Shown piece after piece: positions 62,682 to 64,000 of a stretch of DNA of 64,000 bases. Under the pieces are notes generated by a model. The model was not told the origin of the DNA. It saw only the letters and a program-made list of their open reading frames with translations, and searched no databases. A program made the translations under genes and the position numbers. The DNA lies in contig LSRY02000012.1 of assembly GCA_001643675.2 (NCBI GenBank), positions 744,001-808,000 of the forward strand, given 5' to 3'. Origin of the DNA: Monocercomonoides exilis PA203. Lineage: Eukaryota; Protista; Preaxostyla. The first letter of the stretch is position 1. Every line of letters starts with the position of its first letter.

Positions 62682-63336
62682 ATGTCATCACAAATTTATT
62701 TATAAATGCTATTTAAGCAAGGAATTGAAGTGAGTTTTTTTTCAACAACAATGAGTTTTCTTTAAAACAGTTTATTCCAAAAAGAGTGACTCTATTCCTT
62801 TAAATTTTTATATTCCAATTAAAAATGTTTGTTCCGAATTACCATTGTTTATTCAAAAAAATTATTTTATTTCAATTATAATTTCTAATACCTATTCCAT
62901 CAAATGAAAGGCTTTAAATGAATATTTTTTTATTGAAATATACTCAAAGAAATACATTTTGTTTTTCAGTTTGGCTTAACAAAAAATAAATAGTGCATGG
63001 TTTATAGTGAAGAAAAAATCCAAACATTTAACAAAATTCTCACAATTTGCTTTTTTTTATTCAAACAACAATTATTCAAAGAAAAATAATTTGAAAAAGT
63101 TATTTTCGAAAAGTTTCTTGCATCATTTTTTCAATTTTCATTTTATTACATCAAAAACATGAAACTCATTCAATTTCCATTATTTTAGTTAAATTAATGA
63201 CTTCCAAAAGTTATTCGTTTAACAAAACACAAGAAAAAAAAAAACTCAGAAAAAACCCAATATTACGAAAAAGGATCACGAAATGAATATATATGCGATT
63301 TGAGAGCTGAAAAAATGAAAGACAAAGGACAAAACA

Positions 63337-63680
63337 TGGGGAAGATTGGAAGACCATGTGATTAATCAAAAGATAGAGAATTACAGTTGATAGAAATAAT
63401 AGAAAGTTGGAACAATATTCAAACTAAAACAACACATGGAGATATTCCAAAGATGGTTTGATAATGAAAAAAAAAAATACTTAATTTATTTTTTTCTTAT
63501 TCTTGTTTTTGGACATTTCATATCCGATTGCAAAGAGATTTGTGAATAAAAGATTTTGTTGGAAGACAAAGTTTGAAACGGATTATATATTTCGTTTGAA
63601 AGACATAAGCAGCTTAAACCAGTTAATCCTGTACGATTAATTGTTTCAAGAGTCCGAGTATCCATGAAAGAGTAAATTCA
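63337..63680 (+). pseudogene. Possible pogo-type transposase HTH remnant
   Basis: MGKIGRPCD*SKDRELQLIEII...FERHKQLKPVNPVRLIVSR loosely parallels PPALGKEEELELVQ...FLKRYTSLLNEQIAVPLETIR at about 53660-53880. Confidence 0.4.
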
Positions 63681-63734
63681 GTCGATTTAAATGAAATGGA
63701 AGTATAATATGATGACAAAAAAAAAAAAAGAAAA

Positions 63735-63766
<32 letters not shown>

Positions 63767-64000
63767 AACCATTTTTAATTTTGGTACGAAGGAAAGGCAA
63801 TGTTATTTTTGATGCATCAATAAGTGATATTGATTCTAAGCATTTTGATGTTTCAAAGAAAATAAAAAAATTCGATTCAGGTTCTTCAGAATGTTATTCT
63901 GAGGAATTAAATTCTGAAGCTGATGAAGATTCGTTGGTATCAATCCCTATTTTTTTTTCAGAAAATCAAATGAATCAATCAAGAATATAATTTGAAGAGA

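Noticed and set aside
1-64000. TAA/TAG-to-Gln reassignment (as in some oxymonads) to explain broken ORFs
   Set aside because: Long genes are free of TAA/TAG and use CAA/CAG. The broken ORFs also contain TGA and frameshifts, so they are pseudogenes.

Overview
Eukaryotic, AT-rich, intron-containing DNA with the standard code. The Ser-rich giant proteins and expanded beta-helix/pseudokinase and 'FSELEHC' gene families suggest the oxymonad Monocercomonoides, but this is inferred, not database-checked. Host genes: a 3262-aa low-complexity protein, an FSELEHC-family helical protein, a BCH/RhoGAP-like gene, an RNF5/RNF185-like RING E3 and an ARM-like gene. The rest is a dense nest of DNA transposons. 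The main finding is a 9918-bp element (18791-28708) with ~690-bp terminal inverted repeats (TIRs) and a perfect 8-bp target-site duplication (TSD, AGCAAAAC). It encodes an intact Merlin/IS1595-type (ISXO2) transposase, carries two convergent cargo copies of a surface-receptor/pseudokinase family, and interrupts a Harbinger/ISL2EU transposase. A second long-TIR element (14873-17574) has the same TIR>cargo><cargo<TIR layout with a different host gene family. A third relative (50983-52026) is a 1-kb palindrome. Also present: six copies of a GRG..CYC MITE with A/T-rich 4-bp flanks, a decayed Sola2-like transposase, pogo-like elements, a second Harbinger-like pseudogene and a DIRS-like RNase H remnant.
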